Counted from the first letter of the stretch, positions 38,701 to 51,176 are shown. The stretch is DNA of 64,000 bases from Lepidodermella squamata (GCA_047495785.1 JBLDXI010000049.1:68626-132625), one strand, 5' to 3'. The notes: generated by a model not told the origin, from the letters alone. A program made the numbers and translations.

Positions 38701-39426
38701 TCGATCCCAAGCGGCTCTGCTGCGGTCGCTGGCCCTCCAATCTCCAACATTTACGCTCACGTTGAGTTTGGGAAAGTGCCCGGAAATTCGAAAGAATTCG
38801 ACATTGCTCTGATCAAGCTTGCAACTCCGGTAAAACTTGATTATTTTCCGTATTAAATTTGTAGGATTTTAAGAACAATGTTAAAAGGTCAAAAATAATT
38901 CGAAAATAATTATTGATAATTTTAAGCTGGATTTTTTAACAAATTAACAATTAATAAGATCAATTTTGATGGGCAAACTGGAGCTATTTGTTTGCCATCT
39001 CGCGACGTTCGCCGCTATGATCGATGCTACACAATCGGCTGGCACGAATCGAAATCAGGCCGGAAGGACAAACTGCGCCAAATTCACGTGCCAATCGTGT
39101 CCCAAGAAAAGTGCCGCAATCGCCATGTCATGTATGAAGCCCTTGTGACAAAAAACATGTTCTGCGCTGGCTATGAAATTGGATCTAACCAATTGTGCCA
39201 CGGTACTAGAGAAAATCATATATCAAATTATTTAATTTTCAATTATTTTTCCGCAGCAATGCTCGACTCTGGAAGCCCGCTCGCTTGCCAAGTCGGAGCT
39301 AAATGGGAACTACATGGACTGTTATCATTCGGTAAAGGATGTGCAGGATCCCGGGCCCCTGATGTCTACACCCGAATCTGGGCTCTCTCGGAATGGATTC
39401 AAAAAGTCATCGCAAAATTTGCCTGA
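35743..39426 (+). CDS. Secreted modular serine protease: signal peptide-CUB-LDLa-CUB-CUB-trypsin-like domain
   Basis: CUB motifs (LRLEFHDFDI, FCG, SKNYPKKY...CVW, FETDSS...GF); LDLa CIPDSYKCDTFGDCPTRDDERGC; triad motifs ASAHC, DIALIKL, DSGSP; GLLSFGKGC, PDVYTRI. Confidence 0.88.
36849..37131. repeat. Intronic element with three direct and two inverted agcggaaccaaattt units
   Basis: Three copies at ~36849-36906 and reverse-complement copies at ~37096-37131. Confidence 0.65.
37267..37517. mobile_element. Intronic MITE-like element
   Basis: gggtcccctac...gtaggggaccc ends, with inverted sub-terminal aaaaggcttcaa/gcttcaaagcac motifs. Confidence 0.65.
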
Positions 39427-39704
39427 ATTTCTATCAAAAACTTGATCATTTTATTGTTTGAACTCTTGTTGAAGAAAACTTTTATATTATAATAAAATAA
39501 TAACGCGCGGCTTGTTAGTTGTTTACGTGAACTTTAGGGTGCACTAAACTTGTACAATTACCATTCCGTTAAAAGAAAAAACCCTCACTTGGTTTAATAT
39601 TATTAGGTATGTACCTGCGTGAGGGTTTCATAACAATGGGAAGGAAACAAATAATGCCGAAACTGTATTAGTATCACAAGTTGTAGTCGCCCAACAAGGA
39701 GAAT

Positions 39705-40446
39705 ATGAGCATGAATGTGAAATTTTCATGCATTTCGCTTATCACTGCGCTAATTTCGTTGGCTTCATGGTTCAACTTAGGGGTTCAGTTTACAGGTAGG
39801 GCCTGTTTGCATCAGCAATTTGTGTTTTTTAGCTACGATTTCGAAGTTAGAAGCCGCTTATGGATTGACAATTAACTGCATCGAAAGTACTACAACCTCA
39901 TTTCGAGACGTTTACAATGCCACCAGCACGTGCGAAACAGAGGGATTCTGCATGGTTTGTCTTATATTAAATGAAAAAAATATATATAAATTTATTCAGT
40001 AGTAAATTCCTACCTTATCGAGGGTAATTTGGGAGCATTTTATTTTTCGTAAGAATCAGCCTTGTCCCTAAAATTCTGGAATTTCTAACAAAAATTGACG
40101 TGGTTATCCCTGATTTTTCTGGGAAATTTGAGAATCTCTCTGTTATAACCTAATTTAATTTACTGTAGTCAATTATTTGGACTTTTCCAATGGGACAAGT
40201 CAATTCTTGATTAATCTTATTTTACAGAAGCGTGTTCATTCCTATACGAAAACGAATAAAACCATTTTTCGATACTGCACGTTGGAATGCGAAGGCGACA
40301 CGATTTGGGCCGAGAGGAAGGAATTTTTCCTTGAAATGTACTGCTGTTCTATTCGAAATTTGTGCAATCACGCCAGCCAACCGACGAAGCCTCAATTTAT
40401 ATCATTTTCATTGATCTCCGCTTTTATATTGGTGGTTATGCAATAA
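39705..40446 (+). CDS. Ly6/uPAR (three-finger, Quiver/Sleepless-like) GPI-anchored protein
   Basis: Hydrophobic leader; LTINCIES...CETEGFCM|KRV...RYCTLECEG...YCCSIRNLCN followed by a hydrophobic C-terminal tail. Confidence 0.78.
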
Positions 40447-40555
40447 ATTGTTGGAGATTATAAAAATTCGTAATTTTTCTCAAACCAAAAATTTTATTCG
40501 TGAAAAAGAAACACAAGAAAAATCAATGAGACGAAAAACGTGAAAGCCTGAGAGA

Positions 40556-42918
40556 TTAGTAACGAGCCATTTCTTCCATTGGTATCGCGTCGACGTTGCT
40601 ACCGGCCGGGGCGCCACTAGCGTCTGATGCGTTCCGTTTCTTAGCCAGGGTCAGTTTATCGACGATTTCTCTGGCTGGCACGCCAACTGTTTCGGGCAGG
40701 AACATGTACAGCAGGAAAAGTTCGATAAGGCAGATGAGAGACATTATCACAATCTCAGATTCACGAATGCTCTGGAATGAATTGAAAATTGTAAATTATC
40801 TAAAAATATAGGTCATTTGCTGACCCCTAAAAAAGTGGTGCATGTGCGCGCGTGCCAATTCGCATTTTTAAGAAACGTTGAGCTGCGCGTTGACAAAGGG
40901 TTACTTTCAAATATTAAGGCGGTTTTCATGCCTTAATAAACCCCAAGCAATCCTCCGTCAAGGAATGTAAAAACCGCCTTAATATTTGAAAGTAACCCTT
41001 TGACAACGCGCAGCTCAAAGTTTCCTAAAAATTCGAATTGGCACGCGCGCACCTGCCCCACTTTTTTAGGGATCATGCCCTCTTTATTCGCACTTGCATA
41101 TAATTTTATTATTGGGTCTGTGAATTTTCGAATAATTCGAGAAAAATAAGAAGTTGGAAGAAATCAGCTCACCTCTTCGTCGAAAATTTGCCTCGCCAAC
41201 ATTTGGATGGCCAAGTCACCAATAGAGGCCAGCACTATTGAGAAGCTGTTAGCCGCTATACGGTATGCCGGAGCAAACATTTCGGCAATCATGAAAGCTG
41301 AAATCGGAGCCGGGCCAACTGAGTTGGAAATTGCGTAGGAAAAGTGCCCGGCTACTACGGCGGCGAAATTTTGGTAGTGAAGGCCGATTGCGAGAACGAA
41401 GAAAGAAATGGCCATTGAAGCTAGGCCGCCGATCATTAAAGGTCGCCGGCCGATTCGATCGACGAAAAATAGGTTGATTACCAGACCGATGACGAGAAAC
41501 ACCACTCGGCCAGAAACAAGCCCTAAAGAGTAAAACAATTCTCAACATTTCAGTTTGAAATTTTTTAGACAATATTTCATGTTTTTAATTTAATTTTTTT
41601 TGTTTAAATTTTTTTTAAATTTCAGTTTGTTTTCTAAATTTTTTGTAATTTCAGCTCTGACTAATGGAATTCTTGGAATTTTACCTAAGGAATTAATTCC
41701 TAATTGCGGCTGCGAGACCGTGAATCCGGTAATATTCCGGTAAGATTCGCCCCGGAAAATTTCGCCAACGTAAAAGCCAGTTGTGATGAGGTGGACCAAG
41801 GCCACGCTGATCGAAATGAAAAGAGGCAGGCCGAATTCGCCGCAGTGGTTGCACATGCACACGAATAGGTTGAATTTCTGGCCGCGTTTCGATTTTTCGT
41901 ACTCCTCGGCTTCTTTTTTCAGCTCGTCAAGCTCCTTTTCGCGGCGGCCGAGTTGTTGTAGGGCTTCTTCGGCTTTTACGAAGAGCTGTTTATGAACGAG
42001 CCAGCGTGGATTGTCGGCGCTGAAGAAGTATAGTAGGACGGCTTGAACGGCATGCGTCAGGATCGCGAAAACTGAAAAATTAAATTAAATTAATTTTTTC
42101 AATTAATTTTGAAAAAACTTAAATGAAATTTAAATTTTAACTTTCAAGTTGAAATTGAAAATTTTTATTTTGATTCGATATTTTGTAAAATTTTAAATTT
42201 AAATTTAAATTACTGTTCAAAAAATGCCATAGGATGATTGGATAGTCGACTAGTATAGCATAGGATAGGGTTGCTACAGCGAATCCGAGGGCGAAAAACA
42301 CGCCTTGAAGGCTGGCACATGTCCCTCGAAGACTCTTCGGGGCGATTTCGACGAGTATCGCAGGGGTAATTAGAAGCTCACACGCTGCAAAAAAATCGGA
42401 AAAAATTATGAAATTTACGTGAAAACATCACTCACCATGAATCATGCCAATAAGAGGGCAAGACGCTGGCCATAAAAACATTCCAGGCATGTCAGTATCT
42501 CGTTCGAAGGTCAGTAAGTAGCTCAAGAACAGCATCACACAGGCATGAGCCCCTTCAACAAAAGCCATAGCAACCCTGAACAATTTCGATAAAAATTCGA
42601 TTTTTTTTAACCGAAATGATCTAACCTGTCCGAAATGCGGTCACGCTGCGTGTTCCTCAGAAACATTGATATCAGGATCATGATTCCTATGCCGACTCCG
42701 TAAAAGCTGAAAGCTAGAGGGAATTCTTTTCGATGATATGCCGATAATTCAGGGGCTATTCTCGCGATGCAGCTCCATTGCAAGAAATAGCAGCAAATCG
42801 TGATTTGGCCCATAGCAACGGCCACGCTTGATATCACCAATTTCGGCGTCCATCGCTCGTTCGTACCCGGTGACTCATCTTCGATTAGCAACGGCGGCGA
42901 TGGCCGTCTTCGAAACAT
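40556..42918 (-). CDS. MFS sugar-porter (SLC2/GLUT-like) transporter, divergent
   Basis: EIAPKSLRG, DNPRWL, VDRIGRRPL, GPAPI...AEMFAPAYR, FLPETVG motifs across spliced exons. Confidence 0.85.
40821..41075. mobile_element. ~255-bp near-perfect hairpin MITE in the last intron of the transporter
   Basis: About 110-bp inverted arms (cctaaaaaagtgg...gagctgcgcgttg.caaagggttactttcaaatattaaggcggtttt and its reverse complement). Confidence 0.85.
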
Positions 42919-43257
42919 TGACAATAAGCCGGCTATGATACAGCAGATACGTATAAGTACTTTGCAGAAGTTTAAATTGGTGAAAATGAAGTAAATTCAA
43001 TTGTCAGTTTTGCGACATGAGTCGCCAGGTGTTTCGTGTTCACTTCACATAACCAGCCGCTTGTGCAAATAGCGGAAACAACGCGCCAGATGCTAACATT
43101 CAGACCTCTGCTCTTCTTTTTTCTCGAAATTTTGAATAACGTTTTGAGTAAAATGTAAAATTTATTGTTTTTCAGGAATATAATTTTCTGCAAATTTTCG
43201 AAAAATAAAAAAACCGATAGACAACCGACGCGATATTCCCAAATTTCTAGCTCCCTA

Positions 43258-43437
43258 CAGGGCGGCCAAAAAATTCCGCAGAAGGCGAATTCGATGCGCA
43301 TCATTTTATTGAGGAGTTTCGAGAAATTGAGGAGTTCCATTGGCGAAAGAATGCTTGAAATTCTTCAGCTTCTTAAAACTCCTCATTAAATTGATGCGCA
43401 TCGAATTCGCCGTCTGCGGAATTTTTCGGCCACCCTG
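43258..43437. mobile_element. Tc1/mariner-type MITE, copy 1
   Basis: TA|cagggcggcc...ggccaccctg|TA with long inverted arms. Confidence 0.8.
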
Positions 43438-43446
43438 TACACCCTA

Positions 43447-43622
43447 CAGAGTGGCCGCAAAAAGTCGCAGATGGGGCAGAATTGTTGCGCATAGATTTAA
43501 TGATGAGTTTTGAAAGTTTCAAAAAACTTCACTCTTCAATTTCTTCAATTTCAATTACTTCTCATTAAATTGATGCGCAAAAAATTTCCGCCCCATCTGC
43601 GGCTTTTATTGCGGCCACCCTG
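43447..43622. mobile_element. Tc1/mariner-type MITE, copy 2 (adjacent, diverged)
   Basis: TA|cagagtggccgcaa...ttgcggccaccctg; related to copy 1. Confidence 0.75.
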
Positions 43623-44511
43623 TGTAATTTTGGCTGTTCAGAGCTCGAAATATTTGTTGATACCGTAGTTACCGAACTACGGTATTTGTTGAGTTTATCC
43701 TCTGACGCATCGGTGAATTTTGAATCCGAAAACCGACGCTGTATCATAGCAACGGCTGCCAATTTGCGAAATCATCTCCAAAGATGACGACGAACACTCA
43801 ACAAATCCACTTTTGTGAGGTTTATTGAGCCATTTTTTCTGACTCCACATTCAACAGAAGTAATTAAGTTTCAATAGCGAGGATATAAACTGCGCGCACG
43901 GTTGAAACCTGAGCTGAAGCAAAACAATAATATTTCATTATTTTTAGCTCTGGGTTCGCATGAAACAAAAATAGAAAGTATAACTCGGACATATAAGGCA
44001 AGGGAATTGTTGCTGGTCAAAAGAAATACATAAACATTTTTATTAAACGGTAATTTATTGGGTAAAAAGTTTAATTTTCACTTTTCCAAAGTGTTGCCAT
44101 TTCTCTTCAAAGTCATCCAATTTTCCTCAAAATCTCTCCTCAAGTGTTCAACGTGAACGTGAAGAAATCATTTTTGACGCATAGTTTTCTCTCGGTATAT
44201 ACGATTGACGCCATGAAAAATTCTCGCAAACGTTTCGAGCAATTTGGCAAACAGACTTTTTCAGTGAAGGAAATGAAAACGAAAAGATGCATAGTTTATT
44301 TGCAATATTTTTCAAAATAAATTTTTCGGAAGCGGCAAATGAGAATTTAAGCTATAACCACGCATTTAATTAAAAAATTGTCAATCGCAAATGCAATAAT
44401 TGCCCAGAGCTCAAGGAAAAATAAACAAAATAGTTTTAATATCTGCGCTGCTCGAATCATTGGAATGCTATCAAAACCAAGACAATTTTGTTTGAAAGCA
44501 TCATCAGAATA

Positions 44512-47500
44512 ATGCTAACTTCACTAACTCTACCTTTGCCTCTGATAGTAATTCTAACAATCACGCGTAAGTTTCCACTGCCGAATTAATCAGTGTCAGC
44601 AATTTCAGCAATTAATAGCTTCTGTGATTCCGGTTGATTGTCCTCCGTATGAGTATGAAGATCCACTCGCAGAGGTTCCCCTGCCAACTGCTGACTATAG
44701 TCAAAGAATTTATGAAGACCTAAGTCTAACAAAATTCACTTGCTTGTCTGCGGATCAATCTGTTTATAAGGCACTTGGCGTTGTTTCTGGCCTAAATGCT
44801 CCCGATTTAGTCCTGGGATCGGGCGATGGAAAGGCGGGTGCTATCTATTTCCTAGAGGCGGTATTGTTGAAAGTTATAAAATGTCCTTATTTCGTTACTA
44901 AACTTAACATTAACAGCTCGCAAGCCACAAAATTTGGCGCGTGGAGTTGTCTGTATCGCTTACATATACGATAAATGCGGAAGACACAGCGGGTAATTTT
45001 ACTTGGATTTTCATGATTTGACCCTTATATCGCGCTCACCAAGGCGCCTTTTTCACTTTGTTCTTTCTCAACAAGGCCGCTATGAAAGAGCCTTGTGATG
45101 GAAGCAATATCTGCATTGACAACATGAACATGCAAGGCTATGCAGTGATCTTGAAACCGCATCACGGATTTACCTATCAATACGGTGTTTACAAGGGAAT
45201 GGGGTCAAGCCTAACAACAGATGAATCGGATACTACTCGGGTACCTGGTTGCCCAGCTCCCTCCCATGCCGGTCAGGATCCATACATCGACGTATTGTTA
45301 GTTCTTCAAAAAGATGGCGAAGAAAACATCACGAAAGTATAAAAGCATTCGAATTTTCGGCTATTTTGAAAACATATGTATTAAGTTATATGTTGCGGCA
45401 AATGGTGCCAGCTTAGATGGAAATAATATATGCAGCCAGTTGGCGACTGAGGAGAACAAAGATGATGGTAGTGGGATACAGAAGCTCATAGACATTCCAA
45501 ATTTGGTGATGGGCATGGCGACGTCGAAATTCACAAAGGCGGTAATCCAGTATGTCAAATTCTATGATTTGACGCCGCCAGATCCGCCCGATACAACAAC
45601 TTCAACAGCCCTGACTGACTCAACGTCAACAGAATCTGCTACGACCTCAACTAGAAAGGTATCAACAACTAAAACAGCACAGACTTATTCAACTTCAACC
45701 GTATCTGCTTCAACGACAACCAGCAAGCCATTGACATCTCCAGCCAAGACAAAACAGAGTATGAACTCAAGGGACTGCTCGTCCTGAAAAAGGGATTACA
45801 AATTTCGATTTATTTCAGCAACAATAGCTTCGACTGATTCACCGTCGACCGAATCTGCTTCGACGTCGTTGAATGTAGAGTCAACAACTCAAACAAGTGG
45901 AACTTCAAGCAGTACGGTTGCGCTTCAATGGGTTTGAGTTATTTCGTGAACTTTGATTTAAACTAGAATCTATGTATGACATAGCCTTCAACGGACGCGG
46001 CAACTGTTACTTCAAGTGGAGCAGGTTTCACGCAACAAATGGCTTCAAGTGATACTGCATCAGTGACTGACGCCACGTCATCCTCATCAGGTGCGTTTTG
46101 TCCTTATGACTGCCCCTTACAACCCTAGAGTTCCGATTAGGCTCAGCCGAAGGAGTGGCAGATGACATTATCCCTGCCAAAATCTTGAAAACGTAAGAGA
46201 GACCCCTTTGCTCTTTCGAAAATTTCCAAATTTCCGGACTTCTGACTTCTGAGGGGTAAGAGGCTCCTCCTTAGCCGAGAGGGATCCCTGTACAACCTAC
46301 TTGAAAACTTCACACTTCCTGAGTTCGGATGGTAGAAAGGATATGGGATTTGCTGCACGGAAATTTCGGGATTTGGGATTTGCTGCTGTGATTTAAAAAT
46401 CCGAATTTTGTAGAGTTAGGAAGGTAGATGTGACTTTCACCGTGAATTAACAGAATGATGTGACTTCCTTTGAAAAAGGCGTTCCATCTTGGGCCTCTCC
46501 TACAACAACAACTGCGATTGGCGAGCCATCTCTGCTTCCCCAGAAAGTATTGTCGGGCGACGGTAATTTGGTGGGATCTCCTAATCTGTCAATTGAAAAC
46601 TTGATTCCGCCTTTTCCGGCCGGGAAATCGTTCCCCAAAATCACCGCAGCATTGCTTCTGGAGCTATGCCAAGATGTATCGCCGAATCAAACAGCCCCGA
46701 GAAATTTCGAAGGTTCGGCAGTACCTATCAACATTGCGATAGCCTTCGACAAGTTGCTGCAGTTTGATAGCCGAGATGGCAAAATCACAATGCTAACTTC
46801 CATGTTACTGCGTTGGAACATTTCGACTTGTACTCTGATTCTTGGAAATGACACAATAATTGACCAGGGAGGCGTGGAGGGCGTGTTCATTCCCGATCCA
46901 AATGAGCTCTGGATGCCCAACTACTTCTTCACCACCAGTTCTGACGATCTGTTCATGAAAAATGATGAAAATTTCGACTTGGATCTCCTTGGCGTAGTCA
47001 GTAAACTTACGCCTGTTTCATCTAAATCCAATCCACTGATTAGCTTCTACTTCATTCGAAGCGGCATTTTCTCCGCTGATTGCGACCTGGACCTAGCTAA
47101 ATTCCCTTTCGACGGCCAAACCTGTGGATATTCCTTTGCTATTGAACGATCGATACAATTGCTGAATTTCAACGCAATCGACCTATTCTGTTCGAACAAG
47201 CAGTTCACGGAGTGGAATTTCGAGAAATGCTCCTGGGAAATGAAGCCGGATCGAATTAGTGGCGCCGACGTTCAAACAGTGAAATTCAACGTATCAGTAA
47301 CTCGTAGGTATGGGTTCTACGTTTTCAGTACAATGCTACCGAACACTTGCCTATCCCTTCTAATTTTGGCTACGTTTGTAATGCCACCGGATGAGCCAGA
47401 TAGGCCTATGTTTTGCGTCACGATCCTGCTCGCTTTAGCTCTTGCGATGTCTGGCGTGCTTGATAACATTCCTCGGACATCGCAAAGGATTCTGTTATCT

Positions 47501-47716
47501 GACTACGTTTTGTTCATGACTATGGTTGCTGCGGGGGTCACGCTGTATGAACTGGTCGCTTGCTTCCTAGGCAGTAGCGAAAGTGAAACGGCTTTCTGCT
47601 CGAAAAGCTGGAAAGGCGTTTCTTACCTGCGACTTCTCGATTTGGCGTTTTTCGGAATTACTCTGCTGTCAATGATTGCAATCTATGGATATGCATATTC
47701 CATCCTCGTTGGCTGA
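44512..47716 (+). CDS. Cys-loop ligand-gated ion channel subunit with a probable long N-terminal extension (beta-rich lectin-like domain + Ser/Thr stalk)
   Basis: Single exon 46454-47716 encodes LWMPN, Cys-loop CDLDLAKFPFDGQTC and four TM helices but no signal peptide. The nearest signal peptide is at 44512, and the upstream exons can be joined in phase. The channel part is near-certain; the fusion is less so. Confidence 0.7.
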
Positions 47717-48458
47717 ACCACACTTACGAAGTCCCGTAAAAGCGCATGACTGGAATAATTCCAGGACAAATCTGTGACCGGCAACATTTTAATTATTTAA
47801 TCATAACCCATGATGCTTTAACATGTTGAGGGGGGTTCTATCTGCGATTACCACTTGGAGCAGGATTATTATTATTATTGGTTTATTAGGACTTAAGAAT
47901 GGAGGAGTAACATGTATTTTATTACTTAATTCGCTTAAACGTTCTGATTCATCAGTCATTACATCTATGTCTAATGATTAAGGTCAATAAATTTTTCTAT
48001 TCAACTACGGCAGTTTATGACGCTTCCGGCTCAATGCCTCTATTTATTCCTCGAATATTGATATAGCATTATATGTCCAAATTGACCTAGCAAAATTCGA
48101 TGAGTGAGGAGGTGATACATACTAGCTCGGAAATTCAAGCGCTTTATTGAATGCTGGGCAAGAAAAAGGGCGCGATCAATTGAAGCGCACAGTTACCGGG
48201 TGCAAATTGGCACGCGATTTGCTATTCCGAAAAGTTCGTGCTTTATCGATTTCCGATATAGGCACAAACATTTGTAAACACACCGCGTTGTACTTGAGCA
48301 TTCTCAGAGCAGTAAACATTTTTTTGCGACCCTAAATATAACTCGGAAAAATTGTACAAGATGCCCACAGCTATTCGCAATTATCTGTGGTCAATGTCCC
48401 CCGGATTTTTCGCTGAAAATGCTTAATGAATTTTCTTTCTCAAAAGTCGCATGCAGCA

Positions 48459-50414
48459 ATGCCAAAGGTATTTAGCCAAGCAGAAAAGGAACAAAGAATC
48501 GTTCTTTGTGGGGTAAGGAATTACCCATATTTCGTAAATAATTACGACGTGCAATATATCATTCCCAGATTTGCGGGGTTTCAGTTCGTCGACGTAAGCG
48601 ATACCACCCCAAAGTTTGCGAGGCTTGCCAGGTTTTTATTATATAAACAGATTGAACTGGAATGAACAAATTGTTTCAATTGAATTTTCAGAAATTCTTC
48701 ACCCGCACCTATCATATTCAGTCTAAACTGAAATGTTCTGCACTCAATACGAAAAACGCGAACATGTGCGCCGTATCGGCCACAAAGCGACGAGTTTGTC
48801 GAAAATGCCGCTTCGACAAGTGTATTGCTTTCGGAATGAAATGTGAGTGCATAAGAATTATGATTATGACCTAATTTCCTTGAAAGGCGCTGGAAAACAC
48901 CGCTTTATTTCGCATTTTTTTCCGTTGATTTCTCCTTTTCGAACCAAGTATTAGCAAAAATAATTCATACTATTCATTTTGTATTTTTTTACCCCAAATT
49001 TTTATATACGCCGCCATCTAAAAATGTCGTTTAAATTTGAGTGCGTTATTTCAAAGGGCGAGCGAATATGTAGTTACTTTGCAAGTAACCCCGAGCTAAT
49101 AGAATTGCGCATCTGAAAATACATGCCTGGACGCAAAACACGATCGCGTGCCAGCCGTCTTCCAGACTGGAAAACAACGTCTAAAGTGCCAACTTTTTTT
49201 GTCTGATTGACATGTCAAAGATTTATTGACCTAATAGCCCATCCTTATATATAATTCCACTTGCATTCTTAATCATTTTAGCTAAAATCAGTGAACGATC
49301 GATGCAGATCACCGATTTACTTATCGGCACTACAAGTGAACCTGAGAAGTCAGGTTCTTCGTCGAATGCAAGTACCAAGGCTGATAATCCGGATTTTGAC
49401 CAAAGCCAATCTTCAATTGAGCTGTACAAAGAACCAATATTGTTCGACGGCACTGAAATCGAGGAAGTTATGCGGCACTCAATTCATGCCTTCACCTTAC
49501 TGAGCGAGTTTGATTCCGTAATTTTTTCCTCTTTGATGAAAACTGTTCAGAGTTATGCTATCTAACTCTAGTTACCTATGAAGCGTTACAAAGGCCCGGC
49601 ATTAAACTTTCAATCTGCGTCTAGCCTCATGTCGGCTCAAACTATCAAATTTTTCTCAGTGACAGTAGCATACTGCAAATTTATGCAAGGTAAGAAGATT
49701 CAGCTTTGCTTTGAAGTTGACATTTTTTGCTCTCATCTTTAAGACATCTATCGGTTTAATGACGACGAATTGGAAGCTCTCACTTTCGAAGCAGCCAAGT
49801 CGCTGAAAACTGCTTACTCAGTTCTACCTGGCAATAACACTTCGTCTATTGTCGATATTGACTACAAAATATTACCAGCTATCCTTAATTACTTCCCAGA
49901 ACTAGAGGTAAGTATACTTTTTTCTTAAATTGCATTCAAACATTGGCGAATTTTCCAGGAAACTGTCGAAGCTTCAAAGGATTGTTCTTCGGTCTTTGGA
50001 GATTGGAATCCATCTCTCGTTGAATCTGCCCTTTTCTTCAGCTTACTGTTCTTCCACGGTAAGAATGGACAAATAATTAAAACACATTTCTATTTTCCAT
50101 TTTATATAGATGACGTGGTGAAGAAGAATCCTCGACTCTATCGTGTGAAAGGTCTGCTCCAATCCGCGTTCAAAATGTATTGTTCCCGCGCCGCTGATCG
50201 CCCCTACGAAAAAGCTATGGAACATCTAGTTGCATCAACGCAATCTTTATCAAATATGTGTAAAAAGCTGTGCGATGCTGTTGAAGCCATGACAGGCCGT
50301 GATGGGTCTTTTGACAGAAGAGCCAACATGCTAATGGACCAAGCGTTCCGCACCCCACCCAGTGAAGCCCGCGTCACATCGACGTTTACAGAACTGTGTT
50401 CTCAGGTAGATTAA
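48459..50414 (+). CDS. Divergent nuclear-receptor-like gene NR-f
   Basis: MPKVFSQAEKEQRIVLCG|ICGVSVRRRKRYHPKVCEACQ|KFFTR...CRKCRFDKCIAFGMK; EPILFDGTEIEEVMRHSIHAFTLL; WNPSLVESALFF. Confidence 0.88.
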
Positions 50415-51176
50415 CCAAGCTCATGTTGAATCTCTATGATATAATCAAAACTCGCTTAATAAATGTTCTAGTTGATACTGTCATTGGAGTCGTCATGCAA
50501 TCGGTTTCAAAATAAATCTTGAAGGAGGCATCTATGACTTATTTTTGATGGGTGACTTCAGAAGGGACTGAAACGTCAGAGGCACTACTTGCCTCAAGAT
50601 GTCCCAATTATCTTTATTTTTTTCCTTACATTTTTTCGACTTGATGTCCCAAATTAGCTTATTCCATTGATAGAATTACCACAAAACGCAGCCACACAAA
50701 CGATAAGTCTGTTTCATTTAATCTCGAAATATTCCTTTTTCTCCACATGATAGAAGTCTGCGTTTGAAATGAATATGATCTGGAAACGTCAAATGTTTTC
50801 ACTCGACTGTACGAATGTTAAGCTCAGCGGCAAAGGCACCCTTTTTTACGGACATTCAGGAAGTGTAATCAATTAACACGCCGGCTCCTAGGGAGCGCGG
50901 TGTATGTACTCTGTGATCAATTATGCACGAGATCGCCTTTCAAGAACGTTCGTGAAATATTGATATTTTATAATCACACACATTGCCACTAATAACCTCA
51001 ATTAAGTAACAGGTCGTGCTACTAAAAAAGAGGAATGTTCCAAATATCGCTGGAAAAGTCCAAAATGTCCACAAGTAAATACAAATTGAGGCCGCAGAAA
51101 CGATCAGTCGCAACAATCAGCGCTTTTGCTACATATAACTATCTCATTCATTTTAATTCAAAAGTAGCATTCAGAG

